Positions 9,400-20,637 of a stretch of DNA of 64,000 nt are shown piece by piece. The DNA comes from Octopus sinensis (Eukaryota). The notes below the pieces were generated by a model. It made no database searches. It was not told the origin of the DNA and was given only the letters and a program-made list of their open reading frames with translations. The translations under genes were made by a program, and so were the position numbers. How positions within the stretch are numbered: the stretch's first letter is position 1; every line of letters begins with the position of its first letter. The stretch lies in NCBI RefSeq assembly GCF_006345805.1, contig NC_043004.1, forward strand, positions 48,732,001-48,796,000, read 5' to 3'.

Positions 9400-11300
9400 T
9401 GGGAATGAGTACGCTTGATTAATATAACATGATTTGGTTTAGAAGGAACAGAATGTTACAAGTAGTTTGGTTTTGCTTTATATTTCTTTCAATGAGGTGA
9501 GTTTTCTTATTTAAAAATGTTAGAAATGGTTAAGTTTTGGCTTATATTTTTCAATGAAGTAGGTTTCCTTATTTACTCTAACTTGTGTTGGTGTTCCAAT
9601 GGCACATTGATAGAATGGACAGATTACAAATTTTGGTAGCAGTTGCTTTGCGCATTTCTCAATATGTTCACTAAAGGGTATCATTCTGTATTCTGGGAAT
9701 GCAATCTGTTGTCGATGCAGAGTGCATCTGCATCTGAGCAATAATCCCGTGGACCCTATGTAGTGTTGGCGGCAGCCTGAGCATCTTATGACATAAATCA
9801 GGTTTTCTGAAGTACAAGTAAAGTCAGATTTGATTTTGAATTTTTGTCACTCCTTGAAGAGGAATTCTGATCCTTCTAGAAGGTTTGGGCATGTTGTGCA
9901 ATTTGGTCTACCACATTTTTAAACTTTTGCGTCCGTTATTTTAGAAAACAATTTTGCCTTTGTGAGGATCTTTTTTAGTGATTTCGGTTGTTTGTAGCTT
10001 TTAATGATTTTATGTGTGTGTAAAATTTCCTTTAATTTGGAGTCCATATGTAGCATTGGTAAATTTTGGGTGATGATGGTGAAGGCTTCTTTGTTTCTGG
10101 GGTTGTATGTCGATATGTACGGCAGTATTTTCGGGGAAGGTGTGTTGCTGTGTTGAACTTTTCTTAAAGTTTCTATGTCGATTTCTGTTGCATGTCTGAT
10201 TCCACCCTCTATGAGTTGAATTGAACTGGGTAGTGTCTGTCAATTAGGGTGTTTTTGAGTTCTTGCAGTCTAAAGTTTCTGGTATTTTGTTCTGACGCTA
10301 TTGTGCATATCCTTCTTGCAAGGTTGAAGGGGATGTTTGTTTTGGTGTGTCTTCAGTGGCATGAATTAAATAGTAGATATTGTTTTGCGTCTGTGGTTTT
10401 GTAAAATATGTCCGTTTCTATTTTTAGGTTTATTTTTTTAATTAGTATATCTAAGAATGGAAGCTCCTTTTGGTTGTACTCCATTGTGAACTGTTTGTTT
10501 TGGTTGACGCTGCTCAATAGTCTTTTGAATTTCAGGAGTTTATCTGTGTTTTCATTCCAGAGTATGAAACAGTCATCTAGGAATCTTTTCCAATTTTCTT
10601 TTATGTATTGGGAAAGGGGGTTTCCAAAGGTAGATAGAGATTCCTGATATATTATTACCTCCAGGTAGCCCATTGTTAGGTTCACAATGACTGGTGCTGC
10701 CCTAATACCCATAGCAATTTCGGATTTTTGTTGGTAAAGCCTATTATCAAACATGAAGTGATTATTTTGTAGGATGAATTTAACCAATTTAGTTGTGAAT
10801 TCTTTACTGATCCTTTTTGATATTTCTTCCAGAAATTGGTCCAGCCAGAACTGAATTGCCTCTAGCCCATAATTATGAGGTATACTGGTATATAAATTAA
10901 CTACATCAAATGAAACCATGATTGTTTCTTCCTTGACTTTTTTGGAAGGTGATTTAACATATCCAAGTCATCTCTGATATGGCTATTGATGTGTTTAAGG
11001 AAGGGTTTCAGGATGATGTCCATAAATAGACAGTCTGTGTGTTTCACAGGCTGGGCCAGCTACAATGGGTCGTAGTTTTAGGTGCCCCGGGTTTTGTGTA
11101 TGTATGTACATCTTTGGTGATTTTTTAATGGTTTTATTTATAATCTGGCTTTTGTGTATTTTTGGTAGACCATAGAAAAGGCTAGGTTTGCATTTAAAGT
11201 TTGTTAGAAAGTCAGTCTTTTTGGTTGTCAGTTCATTTCCATGGGTTTAATTATTTTTTGCGGGATCTAGTTTGTGATTTTTTCATAATGTTGACTCTCA
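9400..11300 (-). mobile_element. Penelope-like element (RT + Cys-rich linker + GIY-YIG), decayed
   Basis: RT motifs VSFDVVNLYTSIP, IAMGIRAAP and WKRFLDDCFILW (10353-10919); linker KCGRPNCTTC; endonuclease LIYVIRCSGCRQHYIGSTG..HRQQI (~9520-9830). Confidence 0.88.
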
Positions 11301-12035
11301 TTGAGCATATGAAATAGATTACACCAAATCTAAAGATCACCCATACACTAAGAACAGAACACACCAACAACGTCCCAATACCAGGCATAACCACCCCATG
11401 ACAACATAAAACAACACTAGGATAAGAAACACACCACATTTCAGTGTCTTTTCTTTAAATTTTTTACCACCATGCTGACCATGATTGTTTTCTTATCTCC
11501 ATTAGCAAAAGAGTTATATACCTCTGGCCAGCAGGTTTGATGAGTTGCCTATATTGCCAAGAGCAATAATAGATGTGAAACCAATGGTAACTTTCTAACT
11601 GGTTATTGCCATTGTGTATGTCCGACACTGCTTGATAACCAGCGTTAGCTTGTTTACATCAGCATAACTTAGCGGCTCAGTAAAAGAGACCGATAGAAGA
11701 AGTACCAGGCTCTTAAGAAATGAATACTGGGATTAATTTGTTCGATTAGAAGCAACTATAAGAAATCCAAAAGCTTTTTATCAAAATTTTACGAAAGAGA
11801 AAAAAGAATAGCACATACAACAACCACGAGCAGATTATTGTTTGAATTTATACCAAAAATTTTGAGTTAAATATGTAATCTTTATATCTGAAAAATTTTC
11901 TTGAGTCCAAATATATGTTTGTTTGTGGTATCTACAAATTTTTGTGAAAAATAATAAATAAAATAATTGTCCAGCATTGTGATCTGATTGTTATCTAATG
12001 TTATGAACTTTTCTTCTTGAATTAATATATATATA

Positions 12036-12425
12036 GGCGCAGGAGTGGCTGTGTGGTAAGTAGCTTGTTTACCAACCACATGATTCCGGGTTCAGTCCCA
12101 CTGCGTGGCATCTTGGGCAAGTGTCTTCTGCTATAGCCGACCAATGCCTTGTGAGTGGATTTGGTAGACGGAAACTGAAAGAAGCCTGTCGTATATATGT
12201 ATATATATATATGTGTTTGTGTGTGTGTTTGTCCCCCTGGCATTTCTTGACAACCGACGCTGGTGTGTTTATGTCCCCGTTACTTAGCAGTTCGGCAAAA
12301 GAGACCGATAGAATAAATACTGGGCTTACAAAAGAATAAGTCCCGGGGTCGAGTTGCTCAATTAAAGGCGGTGCTCCAGCATGGCCGCAGTCAAATGACT
12401 GAAACAAGTAAAAGAGTAAAGAAAG
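12036..12425 (+). mobile_element. tRNA-head CORE-type SINE, full length (octopus OR-like family)
   Basis: Head GGCGCAGGAGTGGCTGTGTGGTAAG, B-box-like GGTTCAGTCCC, CORE-like CTTGGGCAAGTGTCTT, internal TA/TG microsatellite, (AAGAGT)n tail. Confidence 0.85.
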
Positions 12426-12804
12426 TATATATATATATATATATAATCATTACAGATATAGGGTGAAAGATAATTAATTTAATAAAATCAACGAATTTCA
12501 CCTAGTAGTATTTTGGTATGGAAAAGGACCATAATCGGTAAAAACTTATACAAAAAGTTTTTTTATATATAAATATAACAATAAGGGTTTAGCAACAAGT
12601 TGCTTGACCACATACCGAAAAAATTTTAGAAATAGCAGCCAAAGGACTACTATTTCCTTTTCCCACAAAAATATGTCTTCACAGACAACAATATTTCTAA
12701 AATTTTTTTGGTATATGGTCAAGCAACTTGTTGCTAAACCCTTATCGTTATATTTATATATATATATATAAAAGAAATTCCATTGTAAAATATGTGTCAT
12801 GCAC

Positions 12805-13132
12805 AGACATAGCTGTGTGGTAAGAAGCTTGCTTCCTAACCAAATTGTTCTGGGTTCAGTCCCCTTATGTGGCACCATGGGCAAGTGTCTTCTACTATAG
12901 CCTTGGGCCGATGAAAGCCTTGTGAGTGGATTTGGTAGACAGAAACTCAGAGAAAAAAGCCTGTCGTATATGTGTGTGCTTCTTTCGGATTTATGCTTTT
13001 TACATCCACCACATTGTTCCGGGTTCAGTCTGACTGCGTGGCACCTTGGGCAAGTGTCTTCTACTATAGCCTCGGGTCGACCAAAGCCTTGTGAGTAGAT
13101 TTTGTAGACGGAAACTGAAAGAAGCCCATTGT

Positions 13133-13219
<87 letters not shown>

Positions 13220-13425
13220 TATAGATATATATATATATGTATATGTTTCTGTCCCCCCAAAATCGCTTGACAACTGATGCTGGTGTGTTTACGCCCCTAT
13301 AACTTAGCGGTTCAGCAAAAAAGACCGATAGAATAAGTACTAGGCTTACAAAGAATAAGTCCTGGGGTCGATTTCCTCAACTAAAGGCGGTGCTCCAGCA
13401 TGACAACAGTCATACGACTGAAAAG
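12805..13425 (+). mobile_element. two adjacent CORE-type SINE copies (5' half at 12805-12975; near-full at 13008-13425)
   Basis: Colinear similarity to the 12036-12425 copy. Confidence 0.8.
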
Positions 13426-13431
13426 ATATAT

Positions 13432-15112
13432 ATCATCATCATCATCATCATCGCTTAGCGTCCGTTTTCCATGCTAGCATGGGTTGGACGGTTCTACTGG
13501 GGTCTGTGAAGCCAGAAGGCTTCATCAGGCCCAGTCAAATCTGGCAGTGTTTCTACGGCTGGATGCCCTTCCTAACGCCAACCACTCCGTGAGTGTAGTG
13601 GGTGCTTTTTACGTGCCACCCGCACTGGTGCCAGACAGAGCTGGCAAACGGCCACGAACGGATGGTGCTTTTTATGTGCCACCGGCACGAGGGCCAGGCG
13701 AGGCTGGCAATGGACATGAAACGGGGCGGTGCTGGCAACGGTCGCGAAACGGAAAGTTCTCTTACATGCCACCGGCACTGGTAACACATCTGCAATTTCC
13801 ATTGATCGATTTCGATTCTGATCGTCACTTGCCTCAACGGGTCTTCACAAGCAGAGTTTTGACATGCCACCGGCACTGGTAGCACATCCGCAATTTCCAT
13901 TGATCGATTTCGATTCTGATCCTCACTTGCCTCATCACGTCTTCACAAGTAGAGTTTTGTGTCCCAAGAAGGGAAGGTATGCATACGTAGGCTGGCTCCA
14001 TCCCATGTAGAAGGCCACGGGTTATGGACTCACTTGTCCTGCCGGGTCTTCTCGCGCACAGCACACTTCCAGAGGTCTCAGTCTCTAGTCATTTCCTCAG
14101 TGAGACCTAAAGTTCGAAGGTCGTGCTTCACCACCTCGTCCCAGGTTTTCCTGGGTCTGCCTCTTCCACAGGTTCCCTCAACCGCTAGGGTGTGGCACTT
14201 TTTCACACAACTATCTTCATCCATTCTCGCCACATGACCATACCAGCGCAAACGTCTCTCTTGCACACCACAACTGATGCTTCTTAGGTCCAGCTTTTCT
14301 CTCAAGGTACTTACACTCTGCCGAGTGTGAGTACCGGCATTACACATCCATCGGAGCATACTGGCTTCATTTCTAGCGAGCTTACGCATATCCTCAGCAG
14401 TCACGGCCCATGTTTCACTGCCATGTAGCATGGCTGTTCGTACACACGCATCATACAGTCTGCCTTTCACTCTGTGCGAGAGGCCTTTTGTCACCAGCAG
14501 AGGTAAGAGCTCTCTGAACTTTGCCCAAGCTATTCTTACTCTAGCAGTTACACTTTCAGCACACCCGCCCCCGCTGCTGACTTGGTCACCTAGGTAACGG
14601 AAACTATCAACTATTTCTAGTTTTTCTCCCTGGAATGTGACGGAAGTTGGTCTCAGAGCATTTTCAGTGTTTATTGTTCCTGAGCATCTGCCACATACAA
14701 AAACCATCTTCCTAGTTAGCCTTCCTTTGACATTGCTGCATCTCTTATGTGTCCATAGCTTACACTTGGTGCATCTTATAGAGTTTCTACCTACACCTTT
14801 TCTACAGATCGAGCAGGGCCATCTACCTGAAGGTGTTTGTGATTTGTCTACCTTCCTACTGATTACGACTTTGGTTTTAGCTAGATTGACTCTGAGGCCC
14901 TTCGATTCTAATCCTTGTTTCCACACCTGGAACTTCTCCTCCAGTTCTGATAGCGACTCAGCAATTAGAGCAAGGTCATCAGCATAGAGGAGCTCCCAAG
15001 GGCATCCTGTCTTGAATTCCTCCGTTATTGCCTGGAGGACTATGATAAATAGGAGGGGGCTGAGGACTGAGCCTTGGTGGACTCCTACCTCTACCCGGAA
15101 TTCTTCACTGTA
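13432..15112 (-). mobile_element. 5'-truncated RTE-clade LINE (RT C-terminus + 3' UTR + (GAT)n tail)
   Basis: ELLYADDL at ~14970-14995; ORF 14078-14926 with FRYLGD..YGSETW-like and GRGRPRKTW motifs; 3' UTR ends GCATGGAAAACGGACGCTAAGCGATGATGATG. Confidence 0.92.
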
Positions 15113-15640
15113 CTATATATATATATAAAGATATATCTACACACACACATATATATATATACACACTTGTGTTTTTGTCTATGTTCGTCTCCACCACCGC
15201 TTGACAACCAGTGTTGGTATGTTTATGTCCCCGTAACATAGCGGTTCGACAAAAGGGACCTATAGAATAAGTACCAGGCTTATCAAAAAAAAAAAAAATG
15301 AAGCACCAGTGTCGATTCATTTGACTGAAAATTCTTGAAGGTGGTGACCCAGCATAGCTGCAATCGAATGACGAAAACAATTATAAGAATGAAAAAATTA
15401 TTTCTTAGAGTGGTGCGTAGATCGACAGAATTGCTACGTCAGTATTTTTTAATTTTCTGGTTCTTTATGTTCTGAGTTCAAATCCTAGCGAGATCAATTT
15501 TATTAGTCATCCTTCCAAATATTGTTGAACAAACTTTCAGTTTTAATATACTTTCCCCGAAAGATTGCCGGAAATAACAAATCACTAAATTTCCCAAACA
15601 AACAAAATATTGCTTCGAAAGACATAATTAATCATATTCT

Positions 15641-16058
15641 TGGATCTTTTCGGTTTGAACGGCAGTTTTTAACCATAATTTCTTGGTAACTGAAAAATGT
15701 TAAACTTCGTATACTGGTAGAATGTGTTTATAAAACATCTTTTTCTCTTGGCTTTATTGAGAAAATTTTATTGTTTGTAAGATATTTGTTGTTTTTTTTC
15801 TTCAATTTCTGAAATTTCAACCAATCACTGACGTCTATTAAGGTAAAAAACATTCTGTGCCGTATGAATATGTCTCGTTTAAGAAACAGATTGGTTTTAT
15901 TTACATTTGTGAAGTAAAAAAGATACCCTTCCCCCCAGCCCTAACCCTAACCCTAAAACAGATTGAAATGCAATAGATCGATACTAGGGTCATAATTATG
16001 GGTGACAATTTCATATGACACCGCTAGAAAAAACTGCCGTTCAAACCGAAAAGATCCG
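15641..16058. mobile_element. MITE with ~30-bp TIRs, 6-bp TSD (TATTCT) and internal (CCCTAA)3
   Basis: TIR GGATCTTTTCGGTTTGAACGGCAGTTTTT / AAAAAACTGCCGTTCAAACCGAAAAGATCCG; TATTCT at 15635-15640 and 16059-16064. Confidence 0.88.
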
Positions 16059-16563
16059 TATTCTTTTTTTCTGTTTTAAGTATAAAATAGGTAATTGCAT
16101 TATATAGGTTTTATGCAATACAGAATGTTGGGGCGAAACTTCATAAACAGTTTCGGGCAGTACACGGTACATCAAATATTTTTTTGAGTCAACCAATATT
16201 TCCTTGTTTACGTTGCCTATGCAAAGTCATTACTATATTGAATCAAACATTACTATATCACATAATTTCATAATTTATACAATTATATATTTTATTGGTT
16301 GAAGATATTGAATAAATATACATATTTGGAATATTGTTTGTTTAGAAAAGTTTAACGACGTTCGTTTTTCGTAAATTAGTAATATTCTCTCATTCTGGTT
16401 TATGCGTTTTCTTTTGAGTTTACAGCTATAGTAGGAAGGATCGCCTTTGTTCTTTTATCTTCTCATTGTTCAAAATATTTTGTATTCGGTTCTTCTGGTT
16501 TAAAAACTATATTTTCTTTTAATTCTGGTTTCAAAAGAATTCATATTCTTAAAATACAACATA

Positions 16564-16874
16564 TATTTCTTTACTACCCACAAGGGGCTAAACACAGAAG
16601 GGGACAAACAAGGACAGACAAACGGATTAAATCGATTATATCGACCACAGTGCGTAACTGGTACTTAATTTATCGACCCCGAAAGGTAAAGTCTACCTCG
16701 GCGGAATTTTCTCGGAGTACAACAGGGGTGTCCCCCCCCCCTGCCGGAGGCTAGTAGAGCTCTTAGATGTTTTCGCTCAATAAACACTCACAACGCACGG
16801 TCTGGGAATCGAAACCGCGATCTTCCGACCGCGAGTCCGCTGCCTTAACCACTGGGCCATTGCACCTCCACCTA
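16564..16874 (-). mobile_element. chimeric SINE insertion (tRNA-like-head family fused to 3' part of a second SINE family)
   Basis: A-box TGGCCCAGTGG and B-box GGTTTCGATTCC in 16800-16870; junction near 16708; 13-bp TSD AAAATACAACATA at 16551-16563 and 16875-16887. Confidence 0.8.
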
Positions 16875-17594
16875 AAAATACAACATAACAGAATCAATAA
16901 TTACGTTAGTTGTTTCCAAGCATTTTTACCCTCTAGGATCTTTTAAATTAGCCGTGATTTTTGGCTTATTTTATTAATATGTAAATAATTTCTGAGTGTA
17001 TCGTTAACTCAAAACAAATATATGAACCCACTATTTTACATTTCCGAGATCTAACAGGACGAACTTAGGCACTGGAGGTCAATGTAAATGGAAAACTACC
17101 TTATCATACATAATTATAACTACAGGGTCTTCGTTTTTCAAAGTTAATCCGTTGATATCTTGTTAAGCTGTATGAAAGTTTACAGCGCATGGCCCTACTT
17201 TGTTCTGGCTATTTAATTAAATATTTTAATCAAAGGATCTGTTTTTATCTGAATGTCTGCAGCAACAGTAAACTCCATTTCAATATTTTTTTGCCAGAGA
17301 GTAAAATCAGAAATTCGTCAGCGCGTTTACAGTTATTGGTGAGATCAAAATACTGATTTTTTTCCGACTACTCCGATCGATAAATTTGTACTGACACCCC
17401 CACCATTCTTTACGGTCTACAAGTTTGTTTGATTATTTCATGCATGGCGTTCAGTAACGCGTTCATATTTTTCGTTCTTTTTCTCTTTTTCTGGAAGAAA
17501 TTGGGAGTTTTTCTCTTTCACTGTCCGTAAAGGTGATAACTGAACGTTAGTGTTAACCTGTTTCACACATATCAGTTTACACACAAATAGATAC

Positions 17595-18058
17595 TATTTC
17601 TTTAATACCCACCCACAAGGGGCTAAACATAGAGAGGACAAACAAGGACAGACACACGGATTAAGTCGATTACATCGACCTCAGTGCGTAACTGGTACTT
17701 ATTTAATCGACCCCAAAAGGATGAAAAGCAAAGTCGCCCTCGGCGGAATTTGAACTCAGAACTTAACGACGAGCAAAATCCCTATTTCTTTACTACTCAC
17801 AAGGGGATAAACACAGAGAGGACAAACAAGGGACAGACAAACGGATTCGACCCCGAAAGGATGACAGGCAAAGTCGCCCTCGGCGGAATTTGAACTCAGA
17901 ACGTAACGATGAGCGAAATCCCTATTTCTTTACTACTCACAAGGAGATAAACACAGGGAGGACAAACAAGGGACAGACAAACGGATTCGACCCCGAAAGG
18001 ATGACCGGCAAAGTCGACCTCGGCGGAATTTGAACTCAGAACGTAGCGGCAGACGAAA
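17595..18058 (-). mobile_element. tandem trimer of the GGCGGCGAGCTGGC-head SINE family (5'-truncated units), one insertion
   Basis: Three head-to-tail units containing GCCGAGGTCGACTTTGCC..TCATCCTTTCGGGGTCGA; 16-bp TSD ACACACAAATAGATAC at 17579-17594 and 18059-18074. Confidence 0.88.
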
Positions 18059-18074
18059 ACACACAAATAGATAC

Positions 18075-18956
18075 ATGTACGCTATGTTATTAATTTTATC
18101 TTTATTATTTTCCAACATGTTTTCTGCCTTCGGTTGGTCCTATGACCATCCCGAGCTTTGGGCAGACATATTTCCAAATTGCAATTTGTCTGCTCAAAGC
18201 CCTGTCAATATCGAGGTGGACTATGCTACATATGTTGACTGGTGGGGAACTGTAACGTATTTTAATACGAAGAACAACAGTAAAGTGGAATATTTTTTGT
18301 TTATCAGCGAAAGTGTTTTGAAAGTACAAATATATGGGAATTTGGTATTAGATAGCAGAAGTCTTCCGGTGATTTTTCAAACTCTTCAGCTCCATTTCCA
18401 CTGGAGGAATAACAATATCACACATGGATCTGCACATTATATTGATGGCAAAGGATTTCCACTCGAAATGCAAGTTATTAATAAAAATTCCTACTACAGA
18501 GATTTAACCACCGCAGTACATTATCCGGATGGTTTCGCAATAATGGCATTTTTCTTTGAAATAGAATTTCATGATAACCCCTTGCTCAATAAAATTATTG
18601 ATCTTCTTCCTAATTTAGGTTCAAGATCAATGCAAGTGGAAGGCTTCAATCTAAGTGAATTAATGCACGAAGGACTCAGAAAAAACCATTTCTTTCAGTA
18701 CAACGGTAGCATACCAATTCCTCCTTGCAACGAGTGTGTCATCTGGATCATTGTTAAGAATCCTCTTTCGATATCACAAAGACAACTCAAGAAAATCTGG
18801 AAATTGAGCAAGAGAGTTGATATGTTTGATACTAACGTCCGTCCAGTTCAACCAATTTACGAGCGATTAGTTTGGAAGAATTTCTCAGCCGCTGATAAAG
18901 CCATTAGTTCTTGCTTTTTGTCTCTTATTTCTTACAATATCATGTATTTAACTTGA
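18075..18956 (+). CDS. intronless alpha-carbonic-anhydrase-related protein, secreted/possibly GPI-anchored, predicted acatalytic (293 aa)
   Basis: Signal-like MYAMLLILSLLFSNMFSAFG, then WSY, LWADIFP, C..QSPVNI, QLHFHW, GSAH, FPLEMQ, PDGFAIMAFF, YNGSIPIPPCNECVIW and NVRPVQP, followed by a hydrophobic C-terminus. Whole domain lies in one uninterrupted frame. The 15 upstream codons of the track ORF come from the SINE/TSD. Confidence 0.9.
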   Translation: MYAMLLILSLLFSNMFSAFGWSYDHPELWADIFPNCNLSAQSPVNIEVDYATYVDWWGTVTYFNTKNNSKVEYFLFISESVLKVQIYGNLVLDSRSLPVIFQTLQLHFHWRNNNITHGSAHYIDGKGFPLEMQVINKNSYYRDLTTAVHYPDGFAIMAFFFEIEFHDNPLLNKIIDLLPNLGSRSMQVEGFNLSELMHEGLRKNHFFQYNGSIPIPPCNECVIWIIVKNPLSISQRQLKKIWKLSKRVDMFDTNVRPVQPIYERLVWKNFSAADKAISSCFLSLISYNIMYLT

Positions 18957-19260
18957 AAATATTTAATATCTTTGCTTTCCAATGTATTCACTTCTTGTGG
19001 AAAAAGGAATATGAAAAAAGAATAACTTTTTTTTTTTTTTTACATTGGGCAAGTTAAAAAAAAAAATCATTTTATGTTTTTAAAAAAGTTTTCCCATTCT
19101 TTGATGATGACTTTTTGAATTTTCTTCTTGTTGAGTAAAAACTGTATTTGTATTTTGTTCATTTTAGAGATGGTTATTCATAGCCAAAGCTGTATATAAT
19201 TACTAAATTGGTGTAATTTGAAGTTATTTTTGTTGTTAGTTTTACCGCTAATTGTAAAGT

Positions 19261-19266
19261 AATAAA
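19261..19266 (+). terminator. candidate polyadenylation signal for the CA-like gene
   Basis: AATAAA ~300 bp after the stop codon in AT-rich sequence; could occur by chance. Confidence 0.3.
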
Positions 19267-19473
19267 AAGATATTAAAGGAAGAGATTTGCAATCGACATT
19301 CATTAATCAAGATGTTAATGAAGACTGAAATATTTCTGGGACCACTTACTTTTTTCTATCAGTTATAACTTCTTTTTTTTTTTTTTTTAATGTTATTTCA
19401 AAATAAGTGTATGTGAGGCATGAATCTTAGGTTGTTAGAACTTACTTCAAATTTCAATATTAATCCTTATGTT

Positions 19474-19715
19474 AGGGCGGCGAGATGGCAGAATCGTTAT
19501 CATGCCGAAGGCGGCGAGCTGGCAGAATCGTTAGCACGCCGGGCGAAATGCTTAGCGGTATTTCGTCTGCCGCTACGTTCTGAGTTCAAATTCCGCCGAA
19601 GTCGACTTTGCCTTTCATCCTTTCGGGGTCGATAAATTAAGTACCAGTTATGCGCTGGGGTCGATGTAACCGCCTTAATCCCTTTGTTTGTCCCCTCAGT
19701 GTGTAACCTCTTGTT
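19474..19715 (+). mobile_element. GGCGGCGAGCTGGC-head SINE with duplicated ~35-bp head
   Basis: GGCGGCGAGATGGCAGAATCGTTA repeated at ~19475 and ~19510, then the standard body; tail runs into a MITE. Confidence 0.85.
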
Positions 19716-19902
19716 TGAATGGCAGTTTTTTCTAGCGGTGAAAAAAAACAACAACAAATATCTTACAAACTATAGAATTTTCTCAATAAAGCCAAGAGAA
19801 AAAGATGTTTTATAAACAACATTCTACCAATATACGAAGTTTAAAATTTTTTAGTTACCTAGAAATTATGGTTAAAAACTGCCATTCAAACTGAAAAGAT
19901 CC
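19708..19902. mobile_element. internally deleted copy of the CGGATC-TIR MITE, opposite orientation
   Basis: GTTTGAATGGCAGTTTTTTCTAGCGGTG ... AAAAACTGCCATTCAAACTGAAAAGATCCG. Confidence 0.75.
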
Positions 19903-20637
19903 GAACCACTTAATCTCCAATAGCAATAAAACAGTCCATTTCCCTCTTATAACTTTTGTAATTTACCCATTTATACCTTTGTCATATTCTCAGTATGAAG
20001 CTAGTGCAGAATTTCACCTATGAAATCTCTTTTGAACCAAGAAATACTTCAGCTTCTAACAACTAGTAACCCTCTACAAAGTTCGAGTGAGACTCATAAT
20101 GGCTTAGTTTTGTTGTTTCACATTCTGGAGCCCCTTCCAAAGAAAAACCCTCTTGATTGATTAGCATTAATTCTTTCAGAAGCACACACTAACCTTTAGT
20201 TCAAAAGACATCCTGTTTTCTTTCTCTGTCTCTCCCCCCTCTCTCTCTCTCTTCCATGACCACTATTGTAGCATCATATCCTTGGATATGTCTAGTCTCT
20301 AGTCAACAACACTTAGGCATTCCTGACACACCTGTGCCTCCTTCTCTCAATCACACATATTGTGTTTCCACAAGTTTTTCTCTCACCACTCTTCTCAGGA
20401 CCCAACTACACAGTACTTCGGTCTGGTGCACGGAGAATCAAAGAGAAATCTGTAATATAAAATGTCTTCAAATTTGAGGAATTAGTTGATATTTCAGATA
20501 TTTGGGACTTCTGTGAATTTTATTTATTTGTTGGTCTCTTTATATTTTTAAAATTATCTTTACCAGGAATTAACATTTTTACTTTAGAATGATAACTTAG
20601 CATGGGATTATCAATTTCACTGAGATAACACATTTTT

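Noticed and set aside
16800-16870. Genuine tRNA gene (also 49070-49150)
   Set aside because: A and B boxes are present, but there is no clean cloverleaf or acceptor stem and the sequence continues into a SINE body.
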